DNA of 64,000 bases from an uncultured Clostridia bacterium (GTDB lineage: Bacteria > Bacillota > Clostridia > Christensenellales > UBA1242). Each line of letters begins with the position of its first letter. The stretch's first letter is position 1. Both the position numbers and the translations under genes were made by a program. The notes beneath the pieces are model-generated. The model was not told the DNA's origin. It did no database searches and saw only the letters and a list, made by a program, of their open reading frames with translations. Positions 30,339 through 40,898 of the stretch are shown in pieces. The DNA is taken from contig CALVTR010000005.1 of assembly GCA_944362965.1 (NCBI GenBank), forward strand, positions 3,700 to 67,699, given 5' to 3'.

Positions 30339-30744
30339 ATAAAAATAAGATAACATGAAAGTTATGTTTTTGTCAAGTATAATTGTAGTGAATAAGTCAA
30401 AAAACTTAGCATTGAGTGCATGAAGCGTAATGGTAAAGTTCTGCTAAAACAGAAACTTTCTGTAGACTCAATGCACTTAACTCAAGCAGCACAGAATTTA
30501 TAGAAGGTATTTTAATCTTCAATAGTTTTAATAAGTTTAACTAGCCGCCACCACGAATTTAATTATATAAACTAAGATATAGAAGATTATGTCAAAAATA
30601 AATAAATGAATTGCCATTTGCATTTAAATACTGATTAAGTGTGTTTGCATTTAAAATGATAATCGCGTGGATGAATATGAGTTTTGTGTTTATCTGAAAA
30701 TAAAAAAGCCGTGATTTTACTCACAGCTTTTTTTAAGCAACTAT

Positions 30745-30906
30745 TTATTCTTCGTCCATTTCATAATGAGAACCAGAATTTTGTGTTGCAGGGAAACGTT
30801 GACCTTTTTCAAGGTAGCAACTTCCACCACATCTGCCATCTTTATCATAGCAAGAATAGTTGCCAGATTTTGGTGCTTGTTCACCAGGTTTCCATTGTTT
30901 ACTCAT
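30745..30906 (-). CDS. YjzC-like small protein (53 aa, not in ORF track)
   Basis: MSKQWKPGEQAPKSGNY...LEKGQRFPAT; SD GGAGGT; hairpin terminator at about 30702-30734. Confidence 0.8.
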   Translation of the reverse strand: MSKQWKPGEQAPKSGNYSCYDKDGRCGGSCYLEKGQRFPATQNSGSHYEMDEE

Positions 30907-31044
30907 GTTCAACCTCCGTAAGTATTGTGTGTAGAATTAAAAATTCTATTCTTATCATCAAAAAAATATTTTATTTTTATCAAAATAAGTTTGAAAGTAT
31001 TTGATAAATCATTATAATTGAAATATAAAGCAAAGAGGTGATAT

Positions 31045-31896
31045 ATGATAAAAATTTGCACAGATAGTTGCGTTGATATAAACAAGAATCAGATTGAAGA
31101 AAATAATATCTATGTCTTTCCGCTATCAATTATTCTAGGTGATAAAGAATATTTAGATGGTGTAGACATATCTCCAAAGGATATTTTTAGTTATGTAGAA
31201 AAGACAGGTCAGCTTCCTAAAACGGCGGCACGGAGCATTGAAGATTTCAAAGCGTTTTTCTCTGATTTACTCAAAGATGGTAGTGAAGTTATCTATATGG
31301 GTATTTCAAGTAAACTCTCATCTGCATTTAGCTACGCAAAACAGGCAAAGGAAGAACTTAACAATGATAAGTTACATATAGTTGACAGCAAATCGCTATC
31401 GACAGGCATCGGTCTTTTAGTTTTATATGCTTCTTCTCTTGCAAAGAGTGGCAAAAGTGCTATTGAAATTTGCAACCTTATTGAAAAACAAGCTGATTTA
31501 AATCAAGCGTCATTTGTTGTTGACAAGCTCGACTTTCTTTATAAGGGCGGAAGGTGCTCGGCAATGGCAAGGTTTGGTGCAAATCTTTTAAAGATTAAGC
31601 CAAGACTTGAGCTTATAGATGGTAAGATTGAAAACACAGGCAAATACATGGGCAAATTCAATAGCGTTATATATAAATACATTGATGATATGCTATCTAT
31701 ACATAGTAACGTTAAAAAGAACCTATGCTTTATCACGCACACGTGCAAAGATTTAGCATTTGTTGAAGAAGTGGTCAATTATGTTAAAAGCAAGAATATT
31801 TTTGAAAACGTGGTATCATCTGTTGCTGGCTCAACTATATCATGCCATTGCGGAGAAAACACACTTGGAATTTTATATCTTTTAGAAGAAAAGTAA
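31045..31896 (+). CDS. DegV/FakB family fatty-acid-binding protein
   Basis: TDS, LPKTA, ISSKLS, VDSKSLS, LYKGGR, SCHCG. Confidence 0.92.
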   Translation: MIKICTDSCVDINKNQIEENNIYVFPLSIILGDKEYLDGVDISPKDIFSYVEKTGQLPKTAARSIEDFKAFFSDLLKDGSEVIYMGISSKLSSAFSYAKQAKEELNNDKLHIVDSKSLSTGIGLLVLYASSLAKSGKSAIEICNLIEKQADLNQASFVVDKLDFLYKGGRCSAMARFGANLLKIKPRLELIDGKIENTGKYMGKFNSVIYKYIDDMLSIHSNVKKNLCFITHTCKDLAFVEEVVNYVKSKNIFENVVSSVAGSTISCHCGENTLGILYLLEEK

Positions 31897-31907
31897 AGGA
31901 GAAATAT

Positions 31908-32312
31908 ATGGATAATTGTTTATTTTGTAAGATTATAAAAGGTGAAATGCCATCATACAAGATTTACGAAGATAAGTATACATATGCTTTTTTGGATATC
32001 AGTAATGACGGGAATGGACATATTTTAGTCATTCCTAAAAAACACTGCACCAATGTGCTTGACTGCGACGAAGAAACCTTAGCTCATGTGTTAGCAACAA
32101 TAAAGCTTATCGGAAATCATCTTGTAAACAACTGCGGCTTTGATGGTGTAAATGTTATAAACGCAAGTGGTGAAAGTGCCGAGCAAAGTGTTTTTCATCT
32201 CCATTTTCACGTCTTGCCTAGAAAGAAAAATGACGGTATGCATGTTTTCCCATCGCTTAAAAAGAATGACAAAACTTTGGAAGAACTTTGTGAAGAGTTA
32301 AAGGTGAAATAG
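31908..32312 (+). CDS. HIT family nucleotide hydrolase
   Basis: CLFCKI, GHILVIPK, QSVFHLHFHVLPR; SD AAGGAG before ATG 31908. Confidence 0.93.
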   Translation: MDNCLFCKIIKGEMPSYKIYEDKYTYAFLDISNDGNGHILVIPKKHCTNVLDCDEETLAHVLATIKLIGNHLVNNCGFDGVNVINASGESAEQSVFHLHFHVLPRKKNDGMHVFPSLKKNDKTLEELCEELKVK

Positions 32313-32762
32313 ATGAAGCATATTGTTTTGTATACCGATGGAGCATGTTCGGGCAATCCAGGCAAAGGTGGTTGGGGCGCTATACTTTTCTATAACAACG
32401 TAAAAAAAGAGCTATCAGGCGGGGAAGCACAAACCACAAATAATCGTATGGAACTGACCGCTGTTATTAAAGGTTTAGAAGCCCTGAAAGAACCGTGTCA
32501 AGTAGACATTTATAGCGATTCAGCCTATGTTGTCAATGCTTTTTTGCAAAATTGGGTAGCAAATTGGCAGGCAAACGGCTGGAAAACAACGAAAGGCAAA
32601 GTGCTAAATTTAGATTTATGGCAAAGATTGCTTGAGCTTCTTCAAAAACATGATGTCAGCTGGCATAAGGTTAAAGGACACGCCGATAATGAGTTCAATA
32701 ATCGCTGCGACGCACTCGCAAGGGGAGAAATCACAAAGATTAAAGATGCAAATGAAAATTAG
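32313..32762 (+). CDS. rnhA: Ribonuclease HI
   Basis: YTDGACSGNPG, TTNNRMEL, SDSAY, VKGHA, NNRCD. Confidence 0.97.
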   Translation: MKHIVLYTDGACSGNPGKGGWGAILFYNNVKKELSGGEAQTTNNRMELTAVIKGLEALKEPCQVDIYSDSAYVVNAFLQNWVANWQANGWKTTKGKVLNLDLWQRLLELLQKHDVSWHKVKGHADNEFNNRCDALARGEITKIKDANEN

Positions 32763-32915
32763 TTTGGAATGTCAAGGCTAAATAAAAATATTCTACTTAT
32801 AAAAACTTTGCAGCTAAAAAGATAACATAAAAATAAAGACCATGTTTTTATGGTCTTTTTCAATTTGTATTAAGCTTTAATCTAAAATTCTTATATTTTC
32901 ATAACATAATAGTTT

Positions 32916-33473
32916 TTAATCAGTGTTGATTAGCTTCTCATATATGGTTTCATAAATAGAAGGAGCATTTATTTTCCACTTGTGTATTGCTTCATTTGCG
33001 GCTTGGCGAGAAGGAGCTTTTATATTTAAAACAAACATTGGCTGAGTAACGAGCGGCTCATATATTTTTAACTCCACATTATAAGAGCCATCTTCATTTT
33101 TAGAATAAGTTGCACTGTATTCCTGAGAAGATTTAACATTGAGCCTGTTGGCTTGCAAATATGCCGAAATCTCTTCACGCATGGTAAGTGGAATACGCCT
33201 ATAAAGGTGAGATAAGCATTCGCGGCCCTCATATGTTAGAGCAAAGAGTTCTTTGCCTTCATTTGCGTCACCTATGGTGTATAAAAGGTTGGTGTCAACA
33301 AGGTCGTGTATGATAGCCTTGCAATCCATGTAATTTTTAATCCAAGTATTTTTGATACTACAAATATCAAGAATAGAATCTTCTGTCAAAGGTATTTCCA
33401 TCTTGTCCACAACGAAAAGCATGATAAGTTTATCTAAAACGATCTGTTCTTTATCTGTAAGTATCTTATCCAT
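32916..33473 (-). CDS. DUF4364-like winged-helix protein
   Basis: KLIMLFVVDK...PLT, NY, LTYEG, W...A..IY pattern resembles DUF4364. Confidence 0.7.
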   Translation of the reverse strand: MDKILTDKEQIVLDKLIMLFVVDKMEIPLTEDSILDICSIKNTWIKNYMDCKAIIHDLVDTNLLYTIGDANEGKELFALTYEGRECLSHLYRRIPLTMREEISAYLQANRLNVKSSQEYSATYSKNEDGSYNVELKIYEPLVTQPMFVLNIKAPSRQAANEAIHKWKINAPSIYETIYEKLINTD

Positions 33474-33581
33474 TTAAATATTATAACATGTTTTTTATAG
33501 AAATCAAATTTTTTTAAATAACTATCCTTAAATTGTTTGATTTTTTGTCAATGTATGGTAAAATACAAATGAGAGGTAAAT

Positions 33582-34343
33582 ATGGACCAAAATAAATTAA
33601 AAGACTTTTTTGATGCTTGTGATGATTTTATAAATTGCAAGTTTTTAGTTGCTGAATATAAACTTCAACGTATGCTTCAAATTCTTGCTTCAAATGAAGA
33701 GCTTTGTTCTCTTGTAGGCGAGTGTCTCGAGCAATTCAATAGAGATAGAGAATTTGCCAAAGCATTTATCCAAGACGGGCATGGAGAGTATATATGTGAT
33801 ATGCCAACAGAAGAGTATAAGATTATAGCATTTGTATTTTGCACACTCGTTGATATGGATAATAAGAAGATTGACCTAATAGACTTTATTAAAAGGTTCT
33901 ATGGCAGAGAAGAAAATCCTTTTAAGGCTTTTATAAACCAAATGGTTATTCCATTTAGGAATTTGCTTGCTGAAGCTTTTGGCTATCCTAAACTTCCGGT
34001 AGAGAATAAAGAGCAACAGTCAGGGAGTGAAACAAATGAAAATGAAGACGAGTATGAAGATGATGACTATGATGAAAGAGATGACGGTGAAAGCGAAGAC
34101 GATGACCATAGTGATGACTTTATGCGTGTTCAAAAGATAGCTGTCCAGATTATAAGTGAGCTTCAATACTACAACAATTCTCAAAACAATGTGGATGCAA
34201 TAACTGTATGCAAGGCACTTATAAAGACAACTGACCTTCGTGATAGTGAAATTACATATTCGCTAGGACTTGCTCTTAAAGCCTGCAAGGCAAAACAGGT
34301 TAAGTTTTTAGTTAAAGAAATATTAGATATACTTAATATATAG
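33582..34343 (+). CDS. Hypothetical protein with acidic insert
   Basis: 253-aa ORF, SD GAGG, upstream TG-n-TAAAAT. Confidence 0.75.
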   Translation: MDQNKLKDFFDACDDFINCKFLVAEYKLQRMLQILASNEELCSLVGECLEQFNRDREFAKAFIQDGHGEYICDMPTEEYKIIAFVFCTLVDMDNKKIDLIDFIKRFYGREENPFKAFINQMVIPFRNLLAEAFGYPKLPVENKEQQSGSETNENEDEYEDDDYDERDDGESEDDDHSDDFMRVQKIAVQIISELQYYNNSQNNVDAITVCKALIKTTDLRDSEITYSLGLALKACKAKQVKFLVKEILDILNI

Positions 34344-34449
34344 TGTTTGCTAAAAAAGAAAAAACAAAATAAGTTAAAATATCAGAGTGGCTTAAATGAT
34401 GACAAAAACAGTAGGCTTATTTTAAGTTTGCTGTTTTTTATTTACTTTA

Positions 34450-35373
34450 TTATAGTAATACAACAATTAAGATAACACTAACTATCGTTGCAAGAATGGC
34501 GTGCGTAAATTTTTGCAAAACAAAAAGTTTTATAGGCATATTAAGTTTATTTAGCATGGTGATAGATTGCAAAATGGTTGAAATTCCACCAAAGCTTATC
34601 ACAAAAGTGCAGGCGGCAACAGACCATACGCTATTTATTGATGAAGAAATATCAATGCATCCCTTTGTAATTTCTATTAACCCTTCAAGAATGCTTGCTA
34701 GCGGCGAAGGTAAAAGATTGAAGATTGGTGAAAGCGATGTTATAATCACAAAAAATATAGCAATGATTGTGCCAACAGAAATGATGCTTAAAGCAGAATC
34801 TAAAACAATACTTGATAGGTCCGCACTGTTTTTTGATACCTTGTTTTGCAGCGGCGTTTTATCTTCTTTGATGTTGATTTTGCGGTATAAAAGTCCATTT
34901 AAAAGTGCACCGATAATATGGGAAATCATGATGATATAACCGAATGTGGCATTTTTGAGCATACCGATTCCGACTGCACCAATTATAAACATTGGTCCAG
35001 ACGTAGAGCAAAAACTTGTCATTTTGAAGGCGTCATTTTTGGTGATTTTTCCTGATTCATACAGGTCAGCTGTCATTTTTGCACCCACTGGGTAACCAGA
35101 AATTATGCTCATCAAAAATACATAAGACGACACTGCGTGTGCTTTAAAAAGCTTTTCGCAAGGCATGCTGAAAATGTTTGAAAACTTTTCAACTGTGCCT
35201 AATTGTGAGAGAACTTTTGTTAAAAATATAAATGGAAGCACACTTGGCAGCACGTTAAAAGCCCATGCAGTTATGCCATTTAAGGTTTGACTTATATAAA
35301 GGTCTGGGAAGATGACCATATTTATAATAACAAACACCACAAAAATTGATAAAATTATGCTATATTTTTTCAT
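34450..35373 (-). CDS. ylbJ: Sporulation integral membrane protein YlbJ-like
   Basis: W..NVLPSVLPF, SIISGYPVGAK, GPMFIIGAVG, GLIEITKG, FGG...Q. Confidence 0.85.
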   Translation of the reverse strand: MKKYSIILSIFVVFVIINMVIFPDLYISQTLNGITAWAFNVLPSVLPFIFLTKVLSQLGTVEKFSNIFSMPCEKLFKAHAVSSYVFLMSIISGYPVGAKMTADLYESGKITKNDAFKMTSFCSTSGPMFIIGAVGIGMLKNATFGYIIMISHIIGALLNGLLYRKINIKEDKTPLQNKVSKNSADLSSIVLDSALSIISVGTIIAIFFVIITSLSPIFNLLPSPLASILEGLIEITKGCIDISSSINSVWSVAACTFVISFGGISTILQSITMLNKLNMPIKLFVLQKFTHAILATIVSVILIVVLL

Positions 35374-35560
35374 TTATTGCTCCAAAGATTTGACAAGAAA
35401 ATTGTAAAATTATATAATAAAATTGTGTTTGAGAAAATTATAGATTTTAAGTTAAATAAAAGCCTATAATTATTAAAAAGTAAATATTTAATTGGGCTTG
35501 GACTTATTTTTATTTATCAATAATTTATTCAGATTACAGCATTTTTAGAAGGGGACAAAT

Positions 35561-36544
35561 ATGAAAATTAAAGAGCTTTATAAAAAGGCGGAACAGCTTA
35601 AAAAGACAATAGTTTTTCCTGAAGCTGGCTTTAGCGATAGGACTATAGAAGCTGTTAAATATATTCAAAAAAAGAAGATTGCACGTCCTATACTCATAGG
35701 CGATGAAAGTGCACTCGTTTTAAGAGATAAATCTCTAATAGAATTTCAGATTATCAATCCAAAGACATTTCAAAACAAAGATGATTTAGCAAAAAGACTA
35801 TACGAAAAACGTAAAGATAAGGGCATGACGTTTGAAGAAGCCAAAAAACTTGCAGAAGACCCTTACTACTTTTCAACTTTGCTTGTAGATGCTGGTATGG
35901 CTGATGGTATGGTGGCAGGAGCTGAAGCTTCAACTGCAAATACAGTAAGACCAGCACTCCAAGTTATAAAGGCAAAGAAAAAGGGTGGCATTGTTTCATC
36001 TTGTTTCTTGATGTATGGCAAAAACAAATTCTTAAAAGATAAGCCTTTAATAATCGCTGACTGTGGTGTTATCATGCACCCAACTGCAGATGAACTTTAT
36101 CAGATTGCTTGTCAAAGTGTGGAAACATACAAAAATCTTGGGTTTAAAGATCCAAAAGTTGCCTTTTTATCTTTCTCAAGCAAAGGTTCGGCTAAAGACG
36201 AAAGTGTTGAGATCGTGAGGCAAGCTTATGAAAAATTCAGAAAGACAGGCGTGCCTTGTGATGGAGAACTTCAATTTGATGCTGCTATGGTGCAATCGGT
36301 TGCTGCTCATAAAGCTCCAGAGAGTGCCATTAAAGGCGATGCAAATATCCTTATATTCCCAGACTTGAATAGCGGAAATATTTGTTATAAAACTATGCAG
36401 TATATTGGCGGGTTAAACGCAATAGGACCTATTTTGCAGGGACTAAATAAACCTGTAAATGACTTGTCTCGTGGTTGCAGCCCAGAAGATATAGTAACAG
36501 TAACAGCAGTAACAGTGCTGCAAACAATTAAGGAGGAAAAATAA
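35561..36544 (+). CDS. pta: Phosphate acetyltransferase
   Basis: IVFPE, ADC, LSFSSKGS, DGELQFDAA, FPDLNSGNICYK, PVNDLSRG. Confidence 0.96.
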   Translation: MKIKELYKKAEQLKKTIVFPEAGFSDRTIEAVKYIQKKKIARPILIGDESALVLRDKSLIEFQIINPKTFQNKDDLAKRLYEKRKDKGMTFEEAKKLAEDPYYFSTLLVDAGMADGMVAGAEASTANTVRPALQVIKAKKKGGIVSSCFLMYGKNKFLKDKPLIIADCGVIMHPTADELYQIACQSVETYKNLGFKDPKVAFLSFSSKGSAKDESVEIVRQAYEKFRKTGVPCDGELQFDAAMVQSVAAHKAPESAIKGDANILIFPDLNSGNICYKTMQYIGGLNAIGPILQGLNKPVNDLSRGCSPEDIVTVTAVTVLQTIKEEK

Positions 36545-37744
36545 ATGAAAATTTTAGTAATCAATGCAGGTAGTTCATCATTAAAATTTCAACTTTTTGA
36601 TATGGACAATGAAAAAGTTATTGCAAAAGGAAACTGCGAAAAGATAGGGCTTGAAGGCTCATTCGTAGGCTATAAAACAACAGGAGATAAAAAGGAAAAG
36701 TTTGTAAAACTTCCTGACCATAAAGCAGCTGTAAAAGCAGTTTTTGACATTTTAACGGACAAGCAAGAAGGTGTAATTAAAGACCTTTCTGAAATAGATG
36801 CGGTTGGCCATAGATTTGTTCAAGGTGGTTGGTTATTTGATAGAAGCATGTTGTTTGATGACGACGTAGTTGAAAAATTAAATCAGCTTACAGACCTTTC
36901 GCCGGTGCATGCTCACGCAAATATGGCGGGCTATTTAGGTTGTCATGAACTTATGCCAAACACTCCACAAGCGGTTGTATTTGACACAACATTCCATGCA
37001 ACAATGCCTGCTAAGGCATATATGTATGGCATCAAATATGAAGATTATGAAAAATATCACGTAAGAAAGTATGGTTTTCATGGAACAAGCCATAGATATG
37101 TTTTAGGCGAAGCTGCAAAGCTTTTAGGAAAGGATCCTAAAGACGTCAATATAATCACAGTGCATCTTGGCAACGGCTCATCAATAACCGCAATCAAAAA
37201 TGGTCAAAGCGTAGATACAACAATGGGACTTACGCCACTTGAAGGACTTATTATGGGAACTAGATCTGGAGACCTTGACCCAACAGTTGTAAGCTATCTT
37301 GGCGAAAAGAAGGGCATGAACGCAAGTGAAATGGTAAATTACCTTAATAAACAATGTGGTATCTTAGGTGTGAGCGGCGTTTCAAGTGATATGAGAGAAT
37401 TGAATGCTGCTATTGAGCAAGGAAATAAGAGGGCAAGACTTGCACTTGACATGCTTATATATAGAGTGAAGAAATTTATAGGCTCTTATATGGCAGTGCT
37501 TGGCAGAGTTGACGCTATAGTATTCACAGGTGGAATTGGAGAGAACCAAGAAGATTTAAGAGAAGGTGCTCTTGAAGGTATGGAAAACTACGGAATTAAA
37601 ATTGACGTAGAGAAGAATAACCATCTACCACGCGGCAGCGTTGAAGAAATCAGCACAAAGGACTCTAAAGTTAGAGTATTTAGAATACCAACAGATGAAG
37701 AGCTTTTGATTGCAAGAGATACAAAAGCCTTAATAAGCAAATAA
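36545..37744 (+). CDS. ackA: Acetate kinase
   Basis: INAGSSSLKF, FDTTFH, YGFHGTSH, HLGNGSS, MGTRSGD, FTGGIGEN. Confidence 0.96.
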   Translation: MKILVINAGSSSLKFQLFDMDNEKVIAKGNCEKIGLEGSFVGYKTTGDKKEKFVKLPDHKAAVKAVFDILTDKQEGVIKDLSEIDAVGHRFVQGGWLFDRSMLFDDDVVEKLNQLTDLSPVHAHANMAGYLGCHELMPNTPQAVVFDTTFHATMPAKAYMYGIKYEDYEKYHVRKYGFHGTSHRYVLGEAAKLLGKDPKDVNIITVHLGNGSSITAIKNGQSVDTTMGLTPLEGLIMGTRSGDLDPTVVSYLGEKKGMNASEMVNYLNKQCGILGVSGVSSDMRELNAAIEQGNKRARLALDMLIYRVKKFIGSYMAVLGRVDAIVFTGGIGENQEDLREGALEGMENYGIKIDVEKNNHLPRGSVEEISTKDSKVRVFRIPTDEELLIARDTKALISK

Positions 37745-38189
37745 TCCTTTATCTCAAGTTACTTAGAAATAAATAATTACGATAATACTATAATTTTATT
37801 ATTATGAAGCGATAAAAAGCTTTATGGTAATAAAACTCAGCATATCAAAGTTCTTATTTATGTTAACGCACAATGTTGTCTAGGGAAACATTGCAAAGCT
37901 CAAATAATTTAAATTTAATCTAGCGCGACCTGTGTTTTATTAAGCACGAAGTTTCAAATAAAACAAATTTACTTTAAATCTATATTCTATAGGTGGCTTA
38001 TAGAAAAAGGTTAGAATGATTAAAATTGTTGTCATGTTATAAAAGAATAGCTTTAATTTTTATGAAAAAAGGTGAGAGTTATAAATGACTTTATAATAAT
38101 TTGCAAAAATACTTGACAAAAGACAAGAAAATTAATATAATTAAAAAGCATGATGTATATAAAGATATATTTTTAAGGAGGAAGATACA

Positions 38190-38381
38190 ATGGCAGTTCC
38201 AAAGCATAAGGTTTCTAAGGCAAGAAGAAATTCAAGACACTCTGCAAACTCAAAAGCAGTTATGCCTACACTTGTTGAATGCCCACAATGTCACGAAATG
38301 AAAAAGCCACACACAGTTTGCAAGAAGTGTGGAACATATAAGGGTGAAACCGTAATTGAAATGAAAGAAGAAAAGAAATAA
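38190..38381 (+). CDS. rpmF: 50S ribosomal protein L32 (zinc-binding type)
   Basis: MAVPKHKVSKARR, CPQC...CKKCGTY; SD AAGGAGG. Confidence 0.97.
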   Translation: MAVPKHKVSKARRNSRHSANSKAVMPTLVECPQCHEMKKPHTVCKKCGTYKGETVIEMKEEKK

Positions 38382-38711
38382 ATGATTTAAAGCTCTCCGC
38401 AAGATTTTCTTGGAGAGTTTTTATTTTTGTGCTTCAGCTATTATGTCTGCCATACAAAATACGATATATGCTATTATTTACGCAAGACATAATATCATAT
38501 ATAGTGTTTATAGTGTTTTTCGCATTTTTTATGGTATGCAAGGCAGAATAGAAAAAATTTAAACTGATTTTCAAAAAGGAAAAACAAATAGTTGCATATT
38601 TTTTTTATTTTTGTTATCATAAATTTGATTACAAATGTTATATTTTAAATCATATTAAAATTTAAAATCTATTGTTTATCTAAATTAAATTAATCAAAGG
38701 AGACTTTAGTT

Positions 38712-39719
38712 ATGAAAGTAGTTGTAGATGCTTTTGGCGGCGATAACGCTCCACTTGAAGTTGTTGAAGGGGCTATACTTGCATTAAAAAAGCATAAAGA
38801 CCTTGAAGTTATATTATGCGGAAAGGAAGATAAAATAAAAGAAATCTTGAATGGACGAGATGAGCGAGTTGAAATAGTAAACGCTAGTGAAGTTATAACT
38901 AATGATGACGTTCCAACTGATGCTATAAGACATAAAAAAGACTCTTCGCTTGTTGTTGCATATGACGTGCTAAAAAATAGAGGAGATGTTATTGGGCTTG
39001 TTACTGCAGGAAGCACAGGTGCTGTTCTTGCAGGCGCAATAATGAAGATTGGAAGAATTAAGGGTATTTCAAGACCTGCTCTTGCTCCAATACTTCCAAC
39101 GAAAAAGGACACTGACGTTATTATTATTGATAGTGGTGCAAATATAGACTGCAAACCTATCAATCTTTTGCATTTTGCATTGATGGGGTCTGCTTACTAT
39201 TCAATAATATATAATAAGGAAGCTCCAAGAGTTGCTCTTCTTAACAATGGTGTTGAAGATGAAAAGGGTAATGAACTTGCTAAGGAAACATTTCCACTAT
39301 TAAAAAATGCTCCAATCAACTTCATTGGAAATAGAGAAGGATTTGACTTTATGAGCGGCGATGTTGACGTTATGGTTACCGATGGCTTTGCTGGCAACGC
39401 ACTACTAAAGGGAACCGAAGGTGCTGTTACTGCCGTTATTTCAATTCTTAAGAAGAGCATAAAGTCTCATTTTTGGAGCAAAGTGGGTTATCTTTTCATG
39501 GGTAAAACATTTAAGGAAATCAAGGCAAGAGTTGACGTTCAAAAGAAGCATGCAGGCTCACCACTTCTTGGTTGCAAGAAACTTGTTGTTAAAAATCATG
39601 GCGGTTGCAATCGAGCCAATATTTGTGCGTCTATTGAACAGACTATGAAGCTTCATGAAAACAATCTTAATAAAAAGATTGAAGACGCTATTGCAAATCT
39701 AAATTTAACTGAAGAATAA
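38712..39719 (+). CDS. plsX: Phosphate acyltransferase PlsX
   Basis: VDAFGGDNAP, AGSTGA, RPALA, DSGAN, DGFAGN. Confidence 0.96.
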   Translation: MKVVVDAFGGDNAPLEVVEGAILALKKHKDLEVILCGKEDKIKEILNGRDERVEIVNASEVITNDDVPTDAIRHKKDSSLVVAYDVLKNRGDVIGLVTAGSTGAVLAGAIMKIGRIKGISRPALAPILPTKKDTDVIIIDSGANIDCKPINLLHFALMGSAYYSIIYNKEAPRVALLNNGVEDEKGNELAKETFPLLKNAPINFIGNREGFDFMSGDVDVMVTDGFAGNALLKGTEGAVTAVISILKKSIKSHFWSKVGYLFMGKTFKEIKARVDVQKKHAGSPLLGCKKLVVKNHGGCNRANICASIEQTMKLHENNLNKKIEDAIANLNLTEE

Positions 39720-40139
39720 TTTTTAAATTTAGCAAGCTTTAAAGCTTTAAAAATTAAAAGAAAACCTTGAATTGTGTATTTTATTATAATTATTTTTTTA
39801 TAACTATTATATTTTAAATATCTCAATAAATCTGTATTTCTATTTTTATTAATAAACATTTATATATGCTAGCTTATTTAATACAAAGTTTTTGATTGAT
39901 TCTCAAAATGTCTGTATGAGAGTAGAATATATGTTTTTATGTTGAAAATAGATTGCGAGCTATAATCATTATTTGGAAGCAGCTAATATAGATAAATTAT
40001 TAGCTGATTTTATTTTTATTTAATTTGGAGCTTGCAAGTGGTTTCTAAATGTGATAAGATTATAAAAGGATAAGGCAGGATAAACTTTATTGTTGCGTTT
40101 GATAAAGGATTGTCTATATTATCAAGAAAAAGGATTAAC

Positions 40140-40763
40140 ATGAAAATTAATTATAAATTTAAAAATAAAGAGTTGCTTGAGCGGGCATTAACTCATTCAT
40201 CTAAATCTCCAAACAACTATGAAAGGCTGGAGTTTTTAGGTGATAGTATTTTAGACTTTTTAGTAGGTGAGTATTTTTATAAACATTGCAAAGAAGATGA
40301 AGGCAAACTCACGGTGCTACGAAGTCACTATGTATCAGAAAATTACATGTCAAGTGTGTTTGATAAACTAGATCTAAAAAATGATGTCAAACTTGGCAAA
40401 AGCTGGCAAGGGGAGATTTCGAAGGCAATCAAAGATGACGTTGTAGAGGCACTACTTGCGGCAATTTATCTTGATGCCGGAGAGAATGGAATTGAAGAAG
40501 CAAAGAAATTTATCCTTGAAAATTTTGACCTTCAAAATTATAAGTCTGTAGTTGACGATAACTATAAGTCTAGACTTCAAGAACTTGTGCAAGGCAATTT
40601 TAAATGCAAAATTCAATATGTAACTGAACCCGACCAAGATGGTTTTAAAGCTAGCTTTTATATGGACGAAGATAAAATTTCAACAGGCACGGGCAGAAGT
40701 AAAGTTGAGGCTGAGCAGCAAGCTGCAAAGAAAGCTATTGAAAAGTTGTTTTTGATAAGCTAA
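40140..40763 (+). CDS. rnc: Ribonuclease III
   Basis: ALTHSS, NYERLEFLGDSIL, EALLAAIYLD, dsRBD YKSRLQE...AEQQAA. Confidence 0.95.
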   Translation: MKINYKFKNKELLERALTHSSKSPNNYERLEFLGDSILDFLVGEYFYKHCKEDEGKLTVLRSHYVSENYMSSVFDKLDLKNDVKLGKSWQGEISKAIKDDVVEALLAAIYLDAGENGIEEAKKFILENFDLQNYKSVVDDNYKSRLQELVQGNFKCKIQYVTEPDQDGFKASFYMDEDKISTGTGRSKVEAEQQAAKKAIEKLFLIS

Positions 40764-40898
40764 AAGAATTTTATTAAAAACCCTTTGAAAAATAAGAAAA
40801 ATTTGTTATACTCTTTAAGAGTATATTTTTCTTTTGGCATATTTTTAAGCAATTTTAGTCAAAAGTTAGCCTTTTAAATTATTACACATGAGGTTATT

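Noticed and set aside
30684-31004. 106-aa plus-strand ORF in the track
   Set aside because: Antisense shadow of the YjzC-like gene, which has the SD, motif and terminator.
37745-38189. Long ackA-rpmF intergenic region as ncRNA or gene remnant
   Set aside because: Only a weak hairpin and the rpmF promoter are evident; no supportable feature.
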